A stretch of DNA of 64,000 nt from Amoebophrya sp. A120 (lineage: Eukaryota > Protista > Dinoflagellata), in the NCBI GenBank assembly GCA_905178155.1, contig CAJINV010000002.1, forward strand, positions 146,354 through 210,353. The letters are read 5' to 3'. The notes below the pieces were generated by a model that did no database searches, was not told the DNA's origin, and worked only from the letters and a program-made list of their open reading frames with translations. Numbering within the stretch: the first letter of the stretch is position 1; each line of letters starts with the position of its first letter. Shown here piece by piece: positions 36,501 through 46,250 of the stretch. The translations under genes and the position numbers were made by a program.

Positions 36501-39500
36501 CCTTGTTGTCGCAGAACAGCCGTACAAACGATCGTCTTTAGCTGTTGAAGCCAGCAGCTCATCATCGTGGTCCCTGCCCGAGGACGAAGAGGCTTCATCT
36601 GAAGTGAAATCCACATCATTCTCTTCCGGTTCGTGGTAATTCACGGCACAAGCCTCGGCAGGCACCGTTCCGAAGACCCAAACGACCCTCCCCCGGTCTA
36701 GGTGGATTTGCGGCTTGCAGGAAGATTTTTTCATCGACGAGGGAGGCCGCTTCTTGTTTTTACAATTCGCTGCTTGCTCGGCGAAAGACGGAACGACTTC
36801 TCTTTCGATTTCGACCTCCTGGGAAAAGACAGTCACCGGCCTCTCGCCATAGTCCCAATACTGCTTCCGAAACTTCATGTGCCCGTTTTTCATCTCCGCA
36901 ACGGAATCTTCGTGGTCAAGCTTATCGACTTGAACCAGAAGCGTTCGGTTCAGCTGGACTGGGCTCGTGGATGAACTACCGGCATTTTTGCTCAACATGT
37001 TTTCGGGGTCGGTATTTCCATTTCGGAAATAATCTTCCACTTGGGCTCCTGCACGTGCACCTTTTTCATCGTTAACAACATTTTCGGCTTGGAATAACGT
37101 AGGAGGAGGAGCACCAGCAACAGCACTTCCATTTTCATAATCATGACCCTCCCCGGGCTTAAGATTCGTCCCCAAACCAACCGCCGGCGAAACCGGTCTT
37201 ACCAGTGGCATGGACAGATTCAAATGCACCTGGTTCGGCTGTTCCATCTGAGTATCGCGCAGCAGCAAATGCAGGTCCCCGGTCGCTTTCTGCCACCGAA
37301 CCACGTAGCCGTGGGATCCGGGCCGTAACTCCTGCGTGTCTGTCAACCCGTATCCTGAGTAAAAGCATCCCCACACCAGAGTCAAGATGGGGACTTTGCA
37401 ACACAAGCCTAGAACTTTTGGGGGTCACGCATCACAAGTTGCAGTCCGTAGTGTAGTGCAGGTTCGCAAGGCCAGCTGCATCAGAAATCCATCTGCTCAT
37501 CCTGTTTACAGCATATACAAATTCCGAAACACTACTAAAAACGCCTCTCCTGGCGATGCGCATTACAAATGTTCCTGGCATTGCAAATCTGCATGACAAC
37601 TCTGGTGTGGGTACGTTTTCACTCAGGATAACCCGTAAGAACCGGAGTTGTCGAGCATCTCCATCTCTCGGTCGCCTCCGTTCCCGTATCAAATGCAAAA
37701 ATGTCTGGGTCTGGAAGATTGCAAGTAGATTTGTCATGCATATTTCTCATGACCCATGATGCCTGTAATGCTTGAACTAGCATCGCAGACTTTTAGAGGG
37801 TTTCCTGATGCACCTTCCGCATGAGAAGTGGCCTGTCTGTGTAGCAAAAACTGAACCCATCTTGCAGGTCATGCAATACAAATCTTTTTAGAGCTCAAAA
37901 ACAGCATGACAAGTTGCAATCTTCCAGACCCAGACATTTTTGCAGTTGATATCCCGGGGCAGAACACAAAGACGTCGTACTCATACGCATCGGAAATGCG
38001 GTTCAAAGTGCAGAGATGGATCGTTTTTTCGTACAGGACCTCCTGTTTAAACGGCTTGATTTTCGCCAGCCCCTGGGCCAGTAAACACTGGTTGCTCTTG
38101 ACCTCGGATCGCACTCCCCCAAAGTCCCAGTGCCTTGTATGAACTGCAAAAGTATCGTACTCGTATAAATGCATTATACATTCCCTCAGCATGACGAATG
38201 GAATTTGTCATGCTGATCTACCTTGAAAAAGAGATTTGCCATGCATACATGCGATTAGTACGAGTACGATACTTTTGCACACGATACCTTCGCTGACAGG
38301 TCAAAATCGCGGGCTGGTTTGCCTTCTTACTCATCTCGTAACTCAGTTTCTGCACCAACTGCAGCTGAAAGAGGTCGTGCGGGACTTTGTCGCCGATGTG
38401 GTAGTATCCTGTGCAAAAGTATCGCCCTCGTAGTAAATGCATTTATGCATTACAAATCGCTTTCTCAAGGTAAATCAGCATTTCATTTGTCATGCTGGGC
38501 TAATTACTATCTAAACTGCAGCAGCTGGTCAAAAATGCATGCGAGGGGTATGTTCGGGGGTATGTTCGGGGGTGTGTCAGGAGTATGCAAATGCTCCTCA
38601 ATCACGGGCGGACTACAATTTTTTGCCGAAAAGCCAACAGGTGGGGTATAAACATACCCCAGACACACCCCAGACATACCCCAGACAGACCCCCGAACAT
38701 ACCCCAGGCAAAAAGTCCAAACATACCCCAGACACACCCCGGACACACCCCGGGCAGACTTTCGGACACACCCCGGGCAGACTTTCGGACACACCCCGGG
38801 CAGACTTTCGGACACACCCCGGCCAAACTTTCGGACTTTGACATGTGGGGTTTGGACCCGAAGCCCAGTCTGTCTGTCGCGCGAGACCGTGCGGCCAAGG
38901 GGCGATCGAAAGCCCTAGGTCAGCGCGGGGATTGTGTCCCCACGCCATGACCTAGGTGCCAGCTGTGGCCATTTCCGTCCCGGACGCCGTGCGGCCAAGG
39001 GGCGAAAGCCGTAGGCCAGCGCGGGGACTCGGTCCCCGCGTCATGGCGTAGGGGCCAGCTGTGGGCGCTTCCCGGACGCCGTGCGGCCAAGGGGCGAAAG
39101 CCCTAGGCCAGCGCGGGGACTCGGTCCCCGCGTCATGGCCTAGGGGCCAGCTGTGCGCGCTTCCCGGACAGCGTGCGGCCAAGGGGCGAAAGCCCTAGGC
39201 CGGCGCGGGCACCCGGACCCCGCGTCACGCCCTAGGGGCCAGCTGTAAGCGCTTTCCGGACACCGTGCGGCCAAGGGGCGAAGGCCCTAGGCCAGCGCGG
39301 GGACTCGGCCCCCGCGTCATGGCCTAGGGGCCAGCTGCAAGCGCTTCCCGGACACCGTGCGGCCAAGGGGCGAAAGCCCTAGGCCAGCGCGGGGACTCGG
39401 CCCCCGCGTCATGGCCTAGGGGCCAGCTGTAAGCGCTTCCCGGACACCGTGCGGGCAAGGGGCGAAAGCCCTAGGCCAGCGCGGGGACTCGGCCCCCGCG

Positions 39501-42056
39501 TCATGGCCTAGGGGCCAGCTGTAAGCGCTTCCCGGACACCGTGCGGGCAAGGGGCGAAATCCCTAGGCCAGCGCGGGGACTCGGTCCCCGCGCCATGGCC
39601 TAGGGGCCAGCTGTAAGCGCTTCCTGGACACCGTGCGGCCAAGGGGCGAAAGCCCTAGGCCAGCGCGGGGACTCGGTCCCCGCGTCATGGCCTAGAGGCC
39701 AGCTGCAAGCGTCAAGGGGCGAAAGCCCTAGTAGGCCAGCGCGGGCATTCGGTCCCCGCGTCATGGCCGAGGGGCCAGCTGTGGGCGTTCCCCGGACACC
39801 GTGCGGCCAAGGGGCGAAAACCCTAAGCCCGCGCGGGGACTTGGCCCCCGCGTCATGGCCTAGGGGCCAGCTGTAAGCGCTCCCCGGACATCGTGCGGCC
39901 AAGGGGCGAAAGCCCTAGGCCAGCGCGGGGACTCGGTCCCCGCGTCATGGCCTAGGGGCCAGCTGTGAGCGCTCCCCGGACACCGTGCGGCCAAGGGGCG
40001 AAAACCCTAGGCCACCGAGCGCGGGGACTCGGTCCCCGCGTCATGGCCTAGGGGCCAGCCGTGAGCGCTTCCCGGGGACCACGCCGCGCGGCCAAGGAGG
40101 GGGCAAAGAAAGGCCCCAGGCCAGTGTGGGGACTCTGTCGCCGCGCCATGACCTAGGGGCCGGCTGCAGACCCGGCGCCAGTTTGTTCTTTTCTTTTCAT
40201 CTTTGCGCGCGGCAGGCTAATGAATCTATTGCGCGCAGGCAAGGGAGCCGCGTCCGCAGGCCCGTCGCGGGTCATTGAATGCAAGGCGCACCGAGATAGC
40301 TAGCTGCGAGCGACCTGCCTGCCCAGTGCCACCGCGCGCGCAGACAAATGCCGGAAGGTCGCCGCACGGGGACTCTGTCCCCGTGCTCGGGCCTTGTTTG
40401 TAATGCAATTTTATACTAGTACGATGCTTTTGCATTGCGTAGATACCCGAGGAGGTGATGGATAAGGGATTTGGACAGCCGGTTTTCCGTTTATGAAAGC
40501 CTCAGAATGGAAATCCTCAAAGTGGAAATAATTTGTGATGCATGAAATGCAAGGCAAAAAAGACTATATTGCAGAGGACACAATGGAGGCCGACTATTGT
40601 CCTGCTAGGGGTGAAGCATTGGGCTACTGATTAGCACGACAGAACGGCACCCCTTTGCCTAACTAGCATGACAGACACGTTTTGAGTGCCCGGGAAATTT
40701 GTCATGCGCCGACTACAAATGGCGCTTCAACTGGAGTCGTTTTTCTGCATTACAAATTATTTCCACTTTGAGGATTTCCAACCTGAGGCTTTCATACCGT
40801 TACGTACAGTTTTTTCAGCACGTGAAAATAGGACCAGGAAAGTTTGGGGGATGTTGGACATGACCACAGTTCTTCGTCGCCAAGACGATCTTCTTCTACT
40901 TCGTGAACTCCAACTCCTCTTCGCCCCACTTGATTTTTCTTCCCTGCTCTCTTCTGCAGCGCCTTTGTCATCCCGGCCCAGGATAAAGGCGTCTTTTTCT
41001 CATACTCCAATCCGAACGGCGGCTTTGGCTGCTGGGAGTCGAGCAAAATACACTCTTCCAGGGTCGCGGTTTCGTCTTTCTGGGTTTCGCCCACTACTCC
41101 TGTAGCGTCGGCATCTTGATCTTCGCCACCACCACCAGCCGAAAAATTCATGTAGTTCGCATGCGCGTCGCTCCATTTCTGCCACTGCTCCGTGAACTGT
41201 TTGTGTTGCTGCTCAAAATTGAATTTGTTGAAATTGTCGTTGTCTTGCTCAGGACCATAACACGTCGAATCTTCGTACTGTTGCTTCAAGAGCCTCAGTA
41301 TCCTGTGCAAATAAAGTATCGCACTCGTATTGCGATCATGCATTACAAATCTTTTTCTTGAGGAAAATCCGCATTACAGATTTCATTTGTCATGCTGAGA
41401 AAATTTGTAATGCATTTATGCGAGTACGATGCTTTTGCACTGCATAAGGAGCTCGTGTTGGATCAACTCCCTCGTTTCACTCGGAACCTGTTGGAAGCAA
41501 TCCGTCAGCGATTCGGGCTTGAACGTCAATGTACTGCCAAAAGTACCTATGCATTACAAATATGTCTGGGTCTGGAAACTTGTAATGCTAAAGCTTGGAT
41601 AAGACTGACGCTCCCTCTCAAGTGCAGCCAAGCATGACAAGTATACTTGACGCCGTCTGATGCGTAGCACGCATGACAAACTGCGTTTTTGTAGGACGAA
41701 AAAGTAGCGCCTTTCTTGCTAGCTGTGCAATACAGATTTTTCAGGAATGCAAGACATGCAACACAAGTTCGACTTTTCCAGACCCAGACATTTTTGCAAT
41801 GCATACTACCTCCACCTCTACGAAGCCGCTGTCGTTCGTCGCCAGATGAGCAGGCCTGCTCTGAAAGCCCGTCGCTTGCGGAAGGCGTATCTTTGGGCGT
41901 GCTCCTGCTCGCATTATCCGTCGACGTCCCTCCAGACTCACTCCAATCGTCTGTGTGGTGGTCACAGTTTGGGTTATTGTAATTACGCATTTCCATTTTG
42001 TTGGCGTGCTGCATGCAAGATGATGGTGCGCATAGAACATTTACATAGTTAGACAT
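9587..42056 (-). CDS. Giant ~6,500-aa protein with central AEP/PrimPol-like primase domain, coiled coils and long low-complexity regions; 48 introner introns
   Basis: Manual translation across all 48 junctions is stop-free; span minus (elements + 5 bp each) = 19,551 nt = 6,517 codons. Stop TAG at 9587. Start uncertain (ATG 42056 or 41996, or an upstream exon). Confidence 0.85.
9673..9936. mobile_element. Introner family B
   Basis: TAT..ATA, TIR core ATGTCTGGGTCTGGAA, DR CTTGT/CTTGT; frame restored. Confidence 0.9.
9971..10208. mobile_element. Introner family D
   Basis: TIR TATGGCGTTCTCAA.TGTTACATTCT, DR GTTTT/GTTTT; frame restored. Confidence 0.9.
10254..10458. mobile_element. Introner family I (single copy here)
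   Basis: TATCAAAGAAAAAAAGTTCGTCAC ... GTGACAAACTTTTTTCTCTCCATA, DR ATTTT/ATTTT; frame restored. Confidence 0.85.
10838..10987. mobile_element. Introner family A
   Basis: TIR core TGCAAAAGTATCGTACTCGTA, DR GAGCA/GACCA; frame restored. Confidence 0.9.
11078..11313. mobile_element. Introner family D
   Basis: DR CTCTT/CTCTT; frame restored. Confidence 0.9.
11711..11972. mobile_element. Introner family B
   Basis: DR CCGTT/CCATT; inverted relative of 15122-15383; frame restored. Confidence 0.9.
12014..12172. mobile_element. Introner family A
   Basis: DR GGCGG/GGCGG; frame restored. Confidence 0.9.
13245..13499. mobile_element. Introner family B
   Basis: DR AGAAG/AGAAA; inverted relative of 48454-48711; frame restored. 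Confidence 0.9.
13544..13810. mobile_element. Introner family D variant
   Basis: TATGACCTGCTCAAACGTTACAATCTCAAACGTTACA ... TGTAACGTTTGAGATTGTAACACCTGAGCGGGTTATA, DR GTGAG/GTGAG; frame restored. Confidence 0.9.
14063..14325. mobile_element. Introner family B
   Basis: DR TGCTG/TGCTG; frame restored. Confidence 0.9.
15122..15383. mobile_element. Introner family B
   Basis: DR TGCAA/TGCAA; frame restored. Confidence 0.9.
15651..15801. mobile_element. Introner family A
   Basis: DR AATCC/AATCC; frame restored. Confidence 0.9.
16090..16291. mobile_element. Introner family G
   Basis: TATCCAAGAAAAAAACTGTGT ... ACACAGTTTTTTTGTTGCATA, DR CTTCA/CTTCA; in frame and stop-free if retained. Confidence 0.85.
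16337..16486. mobile_element. Introner family A
   Basis: DR TTGAT/TTGAT; frame restored. Confidence 0.9.
17213..17482. mobile_element. Introner family B
   Basis: DR CTTCT/AATCT; frame restored. Confidence 0.85.
17571..17782. mobile_element. Introner family G
   Basis: TATCCCACGAAAAAACTGTTTCACTGTGA ... TCACAGTGAAACACCAGTTTTTTCTTGCGATA, DR AGTTT/AGCTT; frame restored. Confidence 0.85.
18031..18298. mobile_element. Introner family B
   Basis: DR GAGAG/GAAAG; close relative of 51591-51865; frame restored. Confidence 0.9.
19377..19685. mobile_element. Introner family E
   Basis: TIR TATCAAAAGGAAAAATCCCCCCTCCCCATATC, DR TTCCA/TTCCA; frame restored. Confidence 0.9.
19757..20035. mobile_element. Introner family C
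   Basis: TIR TATCCTGAGTAAAAACGTACCCACACCAGAGT (perfect over ~32 bp), DR ATCCA/ATCCA; frame restored. Confidence 0.92.
20884..21045. mobile_element. Introner family A
   Basis: DR AATCT/AATCT; frame restored. Confidence 0.9.
21085..21351. mobile_element. Introner family B
   Basis: Left end CAT variant, DR GCGCC/GCACC; frame restored. Confidence 0.88.
22781..22999. mobile_element. Introner family F
   Basis: TATGAGAGTGCACAACTTCCCCGCCCCCTC ... GAGGGGGAGGGAAAGATGTGCACTGTCATA, DR CAAGT/CAAGT; frame restored. Confidence 0.9.
24578..24667. repeat. Exonic 45-bp tandem duplication (LAAVKSEQKEPASGL x2)
   Basis: Two identical in-frame 45-bp units inside the 2.9-kb exon. Confidence 0.9.
25891..26036. 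mobile_element. Introner family A
   Basis: DR TTCGA/TTCGA; frame restored. Confidence 0.9.
26086..26341. mobile_element. Introner family B
   Basis: DR TGATT/TGATT; frame restored. Confidence 0.88.
27485..27778. mobile_element. Introner family C
   Basis: Left end CAT variant, DR GATGG/GATGG; frame restored. Confidence 0.88.
27985..28143. mobile_element. Introner family A
   Basis: DR TTTCT/TTTCT; frame restored. Confidence 0.9.
29252..29413. mobile_element. Introner family A
   Basis: DR GTCGT/GTTGT; frame restored. Confidence 0.88.
29899..30171. mobile_element. Introner family B
   Basis: DR GTGTT/GTGTT; frame restored. Confidence 0.88.
30231..30375. mobile_element. Introner family A
   Basis: DR GTGGA/GTGGA; frame restored. 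Confidence 0.9.
30495..30768. mobile_element. Introner family B (diverged left end)
   Basis: DR GGATC/GGATC; frame restored. Confidence 0.88.
30974..31237. mobile_element. Introner family B
   Basis: DR GCGTG/GCATC; interrupts the putative AEP motif III (IFDA^SV); frame restored. Confidence 0.88.
31280..31429. mobile_element. Introner family A
   Basis: DR CCTGC/CCTGC; frame restored. Confidence 0.9.
31456..31676. mobile_element. Introner family F
   Basis: DR GCAGG/GCACG; only 26 bp from the neighbouring element; frame restored. Confidence 0.88.
31829..32090. mobile_element. Introner family B
   Basis: DR GCAGC/GCAGC; frame restored. Confidence 0.9.
32167..32425. mobile_element. Introner family B
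   Basis: DR AACTG/AACTG; frame restored. Confidence 0.9.
32661..32903. mobile_element. Introner family D
   Basis: Degenerate DR CACCG/TAATG, but removal plus 5 bp restores the frame. Confidence 0.85.
32944..33203. mobile_element. Introner family B
   Basis: DR CCCAC/CCCAC; frame restored. Confidence 0.9.
33416..33676. mobile_element. Introner family B
   Basis: DR GCCAT/GCCAC; frame restored. Confidence 0.9.
33816..33976. mobile_element. Introner family A
   Basis: DR GTTTT/GTTTT; frame restored. Confidence 0.9.
34337..34491. mobile_element. Introner family A
   Basis: DR GCCCC/GTCCC; frame restored. Confidence 0.9.
34634..34875. mobile_element. Introner family D
   Basis: DR TGTTC/TGTTC; frame restored. 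Confidence 0.9.
37351..37630. mobile_element. Introner family C
   Basis: DR ACCCG/ACCCG; ~95% identical (manual count) to 62480-62758; frame restored. Confidence 0.92.
37687..37951. mobile_element. Introner family B
   Basis: DR TCCCG/TCCCG; inverted relative of 18031-18298; frame restored. Confidence 0.9.
38138..38286. mobile_element. Introner family A
   Basis: DR CCTTG/CCTTC; frame restored. Confidence 0.9.
38650..38835 (+). repeat. Short tandem repeats (11-12-bp CAGACAYACCC units and 23-bp GGACACACCCCGGGCAGACTTTC x3-4)
   Basis: Directly visible; an inverted set of GGGGTATGTTCG units lies at ~38545-38578. Confidence 0.85.
38885..40165 (+). repeat. GC-rich 92-bp tandem array (~14 units) with internal hairpins
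   Basis: GACACCGTGC recurs at 39351 and 39443; each unit holds GGGCGAAAGCCC and CGCGGGGAC-TCG-GTCCCCGCG hairpins. Confidence 0.92.
40492..40796. mobile_element. Introner family H (single copy here)
   Basis: TIR TATGAAAGCCTCAG..TGGAAATCCTCAAAGTGGAAATAATTTGT (~50 bp), DR CCGTT/CCGTT; frame restored. Confidence 0.9.
41299..41446. mobile_element. Introner family A
   Basis: Degenerate DR CTCAG/AGGAG; removal plus 5 bp restores the frame. Confidence 0.85.
41548..41805. mobile_element. Introner family B
   Basis: DR GTACC/CTACC; frame restored. Confidence 0.88.
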
Positions 42057-42188
42057 ACCTAAGATTCGGTCTCATACACAAATTATACACACAACTCCCC
42101 GCAACACATAATTTGAAACTAAACCACACGAGGTACGACCACCAAACTAAAAATGTCTGTGTGCTCGTGCTGCTCGAGCGCGACTTCA

Positions 42189-43064
42189 TCACGAATCACA
42201 ATAATGCCAAAAAACCACGTACAAAAGCCCTTTGTAATTACCATCCTCCTCATCTTCCTTGAGTCCCACTTTGTCAAAAATCTTTTTCAAGTCGTGCCCG
42301 TGGTCGATGGGTAGCCTGGTTCTCCCGCTGTCCAAATCGACGAGGGTTTTGCGCTGTTTAGATCGACGTGGCCCACTGGCAGTTGCTTTATCACGTCGCC
42401 GAGGTCCTTTAAGGGAGGTAGAATCACCTGTACTACCACTGTGTGGTCTTCTATGGCTCTGCGCAGGAACGTTATTTTTACACCGCCCTTGCTGGTGCTG
42501 GTGCGACCCCCGCACAGCTTCTCCGTCTTCTTTTTCCTCGTTGTCCCTTGCTGTTCTTCCGGTGTCAGCACCATCTTCCTCCGACGTGGAGGTTGTGTCC
42601 GTGTCGTCCGAAAGGCTCTTTTCCTCCTCGCTTGAAGATGTCGACTTATCGCTGGGCAGGGACGAGCAGGAGCTTGTTTCCCCGTCCTCCGACTTGATGT
42701 TGTTCCGGGCGGGCTGCTGCTGCTGCTCCTCCTGCGCGTCCTCGTGGTTGCAGCTCGTATCAGGATCAGTCACGCCGTGATGGCGTTCCGAATTATCCGG
42801 AACAAGAATCGAAACCTCGTTTTCATCGCTCTCAGCGTCCGGTGCTCTCCTTTCCTGCGGTGGAAGCAGTCGCTCGACGTCCGTTCTGGTGCTCTGCGCT
42901 TGTAGTTCTACGTGGTCCGCAACTCGACTAATCCCTGCAGCGGATGCTGGTGAAACTACAAGTGGCGGCGAATTTTTGCAAGAGCCCGGGGATCGAGATC
43001 CGCCGTCGGTAGAACGCTTTTTTTCTTCCTCTCGCTCTTCATCTAATTCCCCCGATGACGGCAT
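42189..43064 (-). CDS. Acidic/Ser-rich low-complexity protein, 291 aa (separate gene or upstream exon of the giant gene)
   Basis: Uninterrupted ORF whose composition matches the large exons of neighbouring genes; no recognisable domain. Confidence 0.5.
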   Translation of the reverse strand: MPSSGELDEEREEEKKRSTDGGSRSPGSCKNSPPLVVSPASAAGISRVADHVELQAQSTRTDVERLLPPQERRAPDAESDENEVSILVPDNSERHHGVTDPDTSCNHEDAQEEQQQQPARNNIKSEDGETSSCSSLPSDKSTSSSEEEKSLSDDTDTTSTSEEDGADTGRTARDNEEKEDGEAVRGSHQHQQGRCKNNVPAQSHRRPHSGSTGDSTSLKGPRRRDKATASGPRRSKQRKTLVDLDSGRTRLPIDHGHDLKKIFDKVGLKEDEEDGNYKGLLYVVFWHYCDS

Positions 43065-46000
43065 GGTGGGCAGATCTTCGATAGGAGCGGAGGTTCTTGC
43101 GCGTCGAAAAATGGGTACTCCACTCCTCCTCGCACAAGGGTGCTGGGCTGGTGCGGAAGCTACTTCTACTTACTAGCGCGCAGCATCTTTCGATTCAGAA
43201 GACAGCATCTTGCCGCCGTAGGCGATAGGGCGGTGGTGGGGTTAGATTTCAGCTGTAACAGTACCACGACTACTACCACCAACTGCGATGGAACAAGAGC
43301 TCATACAACCTCAAATTACAACACATTCATAAGCAGCTCCGTATCGAGAATTGCCATACCGATACCCCAGTACCATACGCGCAAGGAATCACGCACTTAC
43401 TCGTACTGAGCCGCACTTTACAGTTTTATACCAAATTTGATACTTTCACAGAAACGAAAGAAAGCCGAAAATGGTTTCTATACACTGAAGGAGCTGTACC
43501 TGTAGCTGTAGTACAATTCAACTTTTTGCTTTTGTTGAGGTAGAAGGCAGCTTGGGGCGCGCTATGCTGTATTAATTTGTCTGGACGACGTCGTAACACG
43601 ACGTAAAGAGGGCAGCATCAGAATCGTGAATGGGAACCACGGCTGGTGAGAGCCAAGGTAGGCAGAGGAAGTCAAGTCGACAAAACTACTGTATACAACT
43701 ACAACTGCAGATCCACATCTGCGCGATCAGACATTCAGCTCTTCCTTCTCTACTACAGCAGGAAGGTGACCACGACTATGTCCATCAGACCATCTATTCC
43801 GCGGAAGTCAAGAAATCAACATCTTCACCACGCTGCGGCTTCACAACTCTGAGAGATGCAACTACATTGGATCCTGTTCCTGTCTGTACTTACGACAACC
43901 ATTACGCGGTGTTGAAGACTCGCTTTCAACACATCTGAAACTGCATCAATTTGCCGCACGAAGGTGCGTACAATCGATGGAACAGAGTCTTCTCTCTCAG
44001 GCTGCTGCAGGATCATATGATCGTGATCACTTTCAGTAAATGTACCAGTTGTTGTCTAATGTTCTGTGACCCTCATGGAGAACAAGTAGAAGATCTCATA
44101 CTTTTTACAAGGACAACAGACTCAGCAGACAGTGCCAACGACCACATTCCTCGAGAAGGATGAAACTGACAAGCGCGAGCCCTGCAATCGCAGATCATTG
44201 TGGAAGCTGTGAGAAGTCACTTCTTCTACTGCTGCATGATCTTTTGTCCGGAACAGCTCCAGCGCTGCTTTCAGCACAAAGGCTTTCGTACCTACAACGC
44301 AGCAAGAAAAGATTTCTGAAAGCATCCAAGTCATGAAGCAACGCTGAGTCTAGGGGAGCTTGACTGCTCCCGCAGAGTTGCCAGCGTCCCGCTGGCAACT
44401 TTTCTCTGGGGTGTGAACATACAAGTATAGCCTGCTGGGCAATCAAAAATGGTCTGCAGGCTCCTCACGGTCAAACAACTCGCAGCTGCGGGCGGGCCAA
44501 TTCGTTCCCGCGCCCCGAAGCGAAGCGTGCGCAGAGACTGCACAGCCAAGGCGCGTCGCGGGCGGCGCCGCTACGAGGGGCTCGGGCGGATTCACACACC
44601 GGAGCCCCGCTGCCGGTCTGAAGCACGCTCGTACGCTGCTGACCCCGCCGACGAATGAATGGCGGCGGGCGGGGCTGCCTGGTGGCGCCCCAACGCGGGC
44701 TCGGGCCGCCTCGCGCACAAGAAACGGGCTGGCCATACGGGGAAATTGGGCGACGGGGCTGCTGCGCTCCTCCACCAGTTTGTCCTCGAGGCCCACGAGC
44801 GCCCACCCCTGCGCCAGGTCGTCGAAAGTGGGCCGCCCGCTTTGTGGCAGGTAGCGGCAGCTCTGCTGGAGGCCCCTGCCTGTCTGTGGGGCGCCCCCCC
44901 GGAAATTCCATCCACTCAAAAAAACAAACGGAAGAGGAGAGGGCGGCGCCGGCTGTCGCATGGTGTTGGGTTACACGCCGCTCCGATGCTCGCCCCTGCC
45001 CTGGCTGGCGTGCGCCCGGCTGATAGTCATCAACCCATTTGGTAGCAACTCGCGCACCCGCGCCGGGCCGTGCAATCGGTTAAGCAACCACCAACGGCGC
45101 CAACGCGCGGCGTGTCGATGGCGCTGCAGCCGTGCTCGCGTCGCGTCGCGACCCGTGCGAGACAATCCATGAGAAGTGCGGAGCCTGACACCCAGGCTCA
45201 GCAAAAGGCGGGAAGCGGCCAGACTCTCTCTACACCGCCCTCCCTCTTCGGCTGATGAGGAACATGCCGCAAACATACCACACGTCTTCACGTTGTTGAA
45301 GAAGTAATTTTCATGAGGCCGCTCTCAGCACGACGAGGATCCTGCTGCACTGAAACTCAAAATGACCTCTTCATCTGTCCAACAACTAACTCGACGCTAC
45401 GTCGCTCCTGTGAAGCAAAGCAATAATAAGGTAGTGTCTGTGGTCCCCTCTCGTATGAAGAAAAAACCTCCTCGTTCCTCATTTCTGACTCGCATACAAC
45501 CTGAAAGTTGCCTTCCTCTGATACAGAAGTGTAAACCCCGCCAGCTGAAAATAAATCAGCCACAACAATACGATGCCCGTGCCGGGATTTTTGTGGCGGA
45601 AAAATACTGCGCGGCAGCTCTGTCTATTCTTATTCAATGTTGACGGTCGATCTGGATCAACATTCGACTTTTTTTATCAAAAAAAAACCGTACACATGAT
45701 GTCCTCCTTGTCATACGCAGTTGTTGTTGATGATCTGTCTCTTTCAATAGCAAGCATCCGTCGAACCTGAAGTAAGTACTCGTCAAATACGACCTAGGTC
45801 TTGCAAATGCAATAGTTTTCAGTCTTGTTTCAATGTGCGATAATTCTAATCAGCCTTTGTTTATTTTTTCATAGAGCCACCTTCCTCGGCGTCGGCGACG
45901 TCAAGTAGACTTTATTTCCAAAATTATTCTCTTACAAGAAACAATGTCAATGACTCCAAGTCCAACTACATCACATCAAATTCAAGTCATAATCTATTTC

Positions 46001-46250
46001 ACCAAGCACCCCTACCGGTGACGGCTTTCAATAATCTCCCCCACTTCCTTGAGCAGCTCCTCGACATTAGCTGTGCATTCAAAAACTAGTATGCGAAGAT
46101 GGTGGTGCCACATAACAGTGCACGAAGCACATCTGTAGCACAACAAGATCGGGTTTTTATTCCTGTGCCCGGCATGCAGAAGACGTTGCCAACTGGGATT
46201 ATACGCGCATCACAAACTCCACAAATAAAGGTGATGTAGTACCAACAGCT

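Larger units (their letters stand above)
38504..40396 (+). mobile_element. Non-autonomous Helitron-like element
   Basis: Inserted between A and T without target duplication; 10-bp GC-rich hairpin GCACGGGGAC-TCT-GTCCCCGTGC (40364-40386) ends 10 nt before the terminus, which is CTTG; 5' end is TT rather than canonical TC. Confidence 0.65.
38405..40441. mobile_element. Introner family A split by a 1.9-kb nested insertion
   Basis: 38405-38503 plus 40397-40441 rebuild a 144-bp family A element (compare GCTGGGCTAATTTGTAATGC in 31280-31429); DR GGTAG/GATAC; frame restored (LLGY^HIGD). Confidence 0.85.

Noticed and set aside
38885-40165. Hammerhead ribozyme array
   Set aside because: GAAA is present, but the CUGANGA core is not (CTGTAAG/CTGTGAG instead), and GAAA is better explained as a tetraloop.
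9673-41805. Repeat/unique alternation resembling a CRISPR array
   Set aside because: The repeats are 145-330-bp TIR elements of many families, the intervening segments are in-frame exons of very variable length, and no cas genes are present.
45250-45275. CTGATGAG as a hammerhead core
   Set aside because: It is followed by GCAAAC rather than GAAA, and no convincing stems I and III are present.
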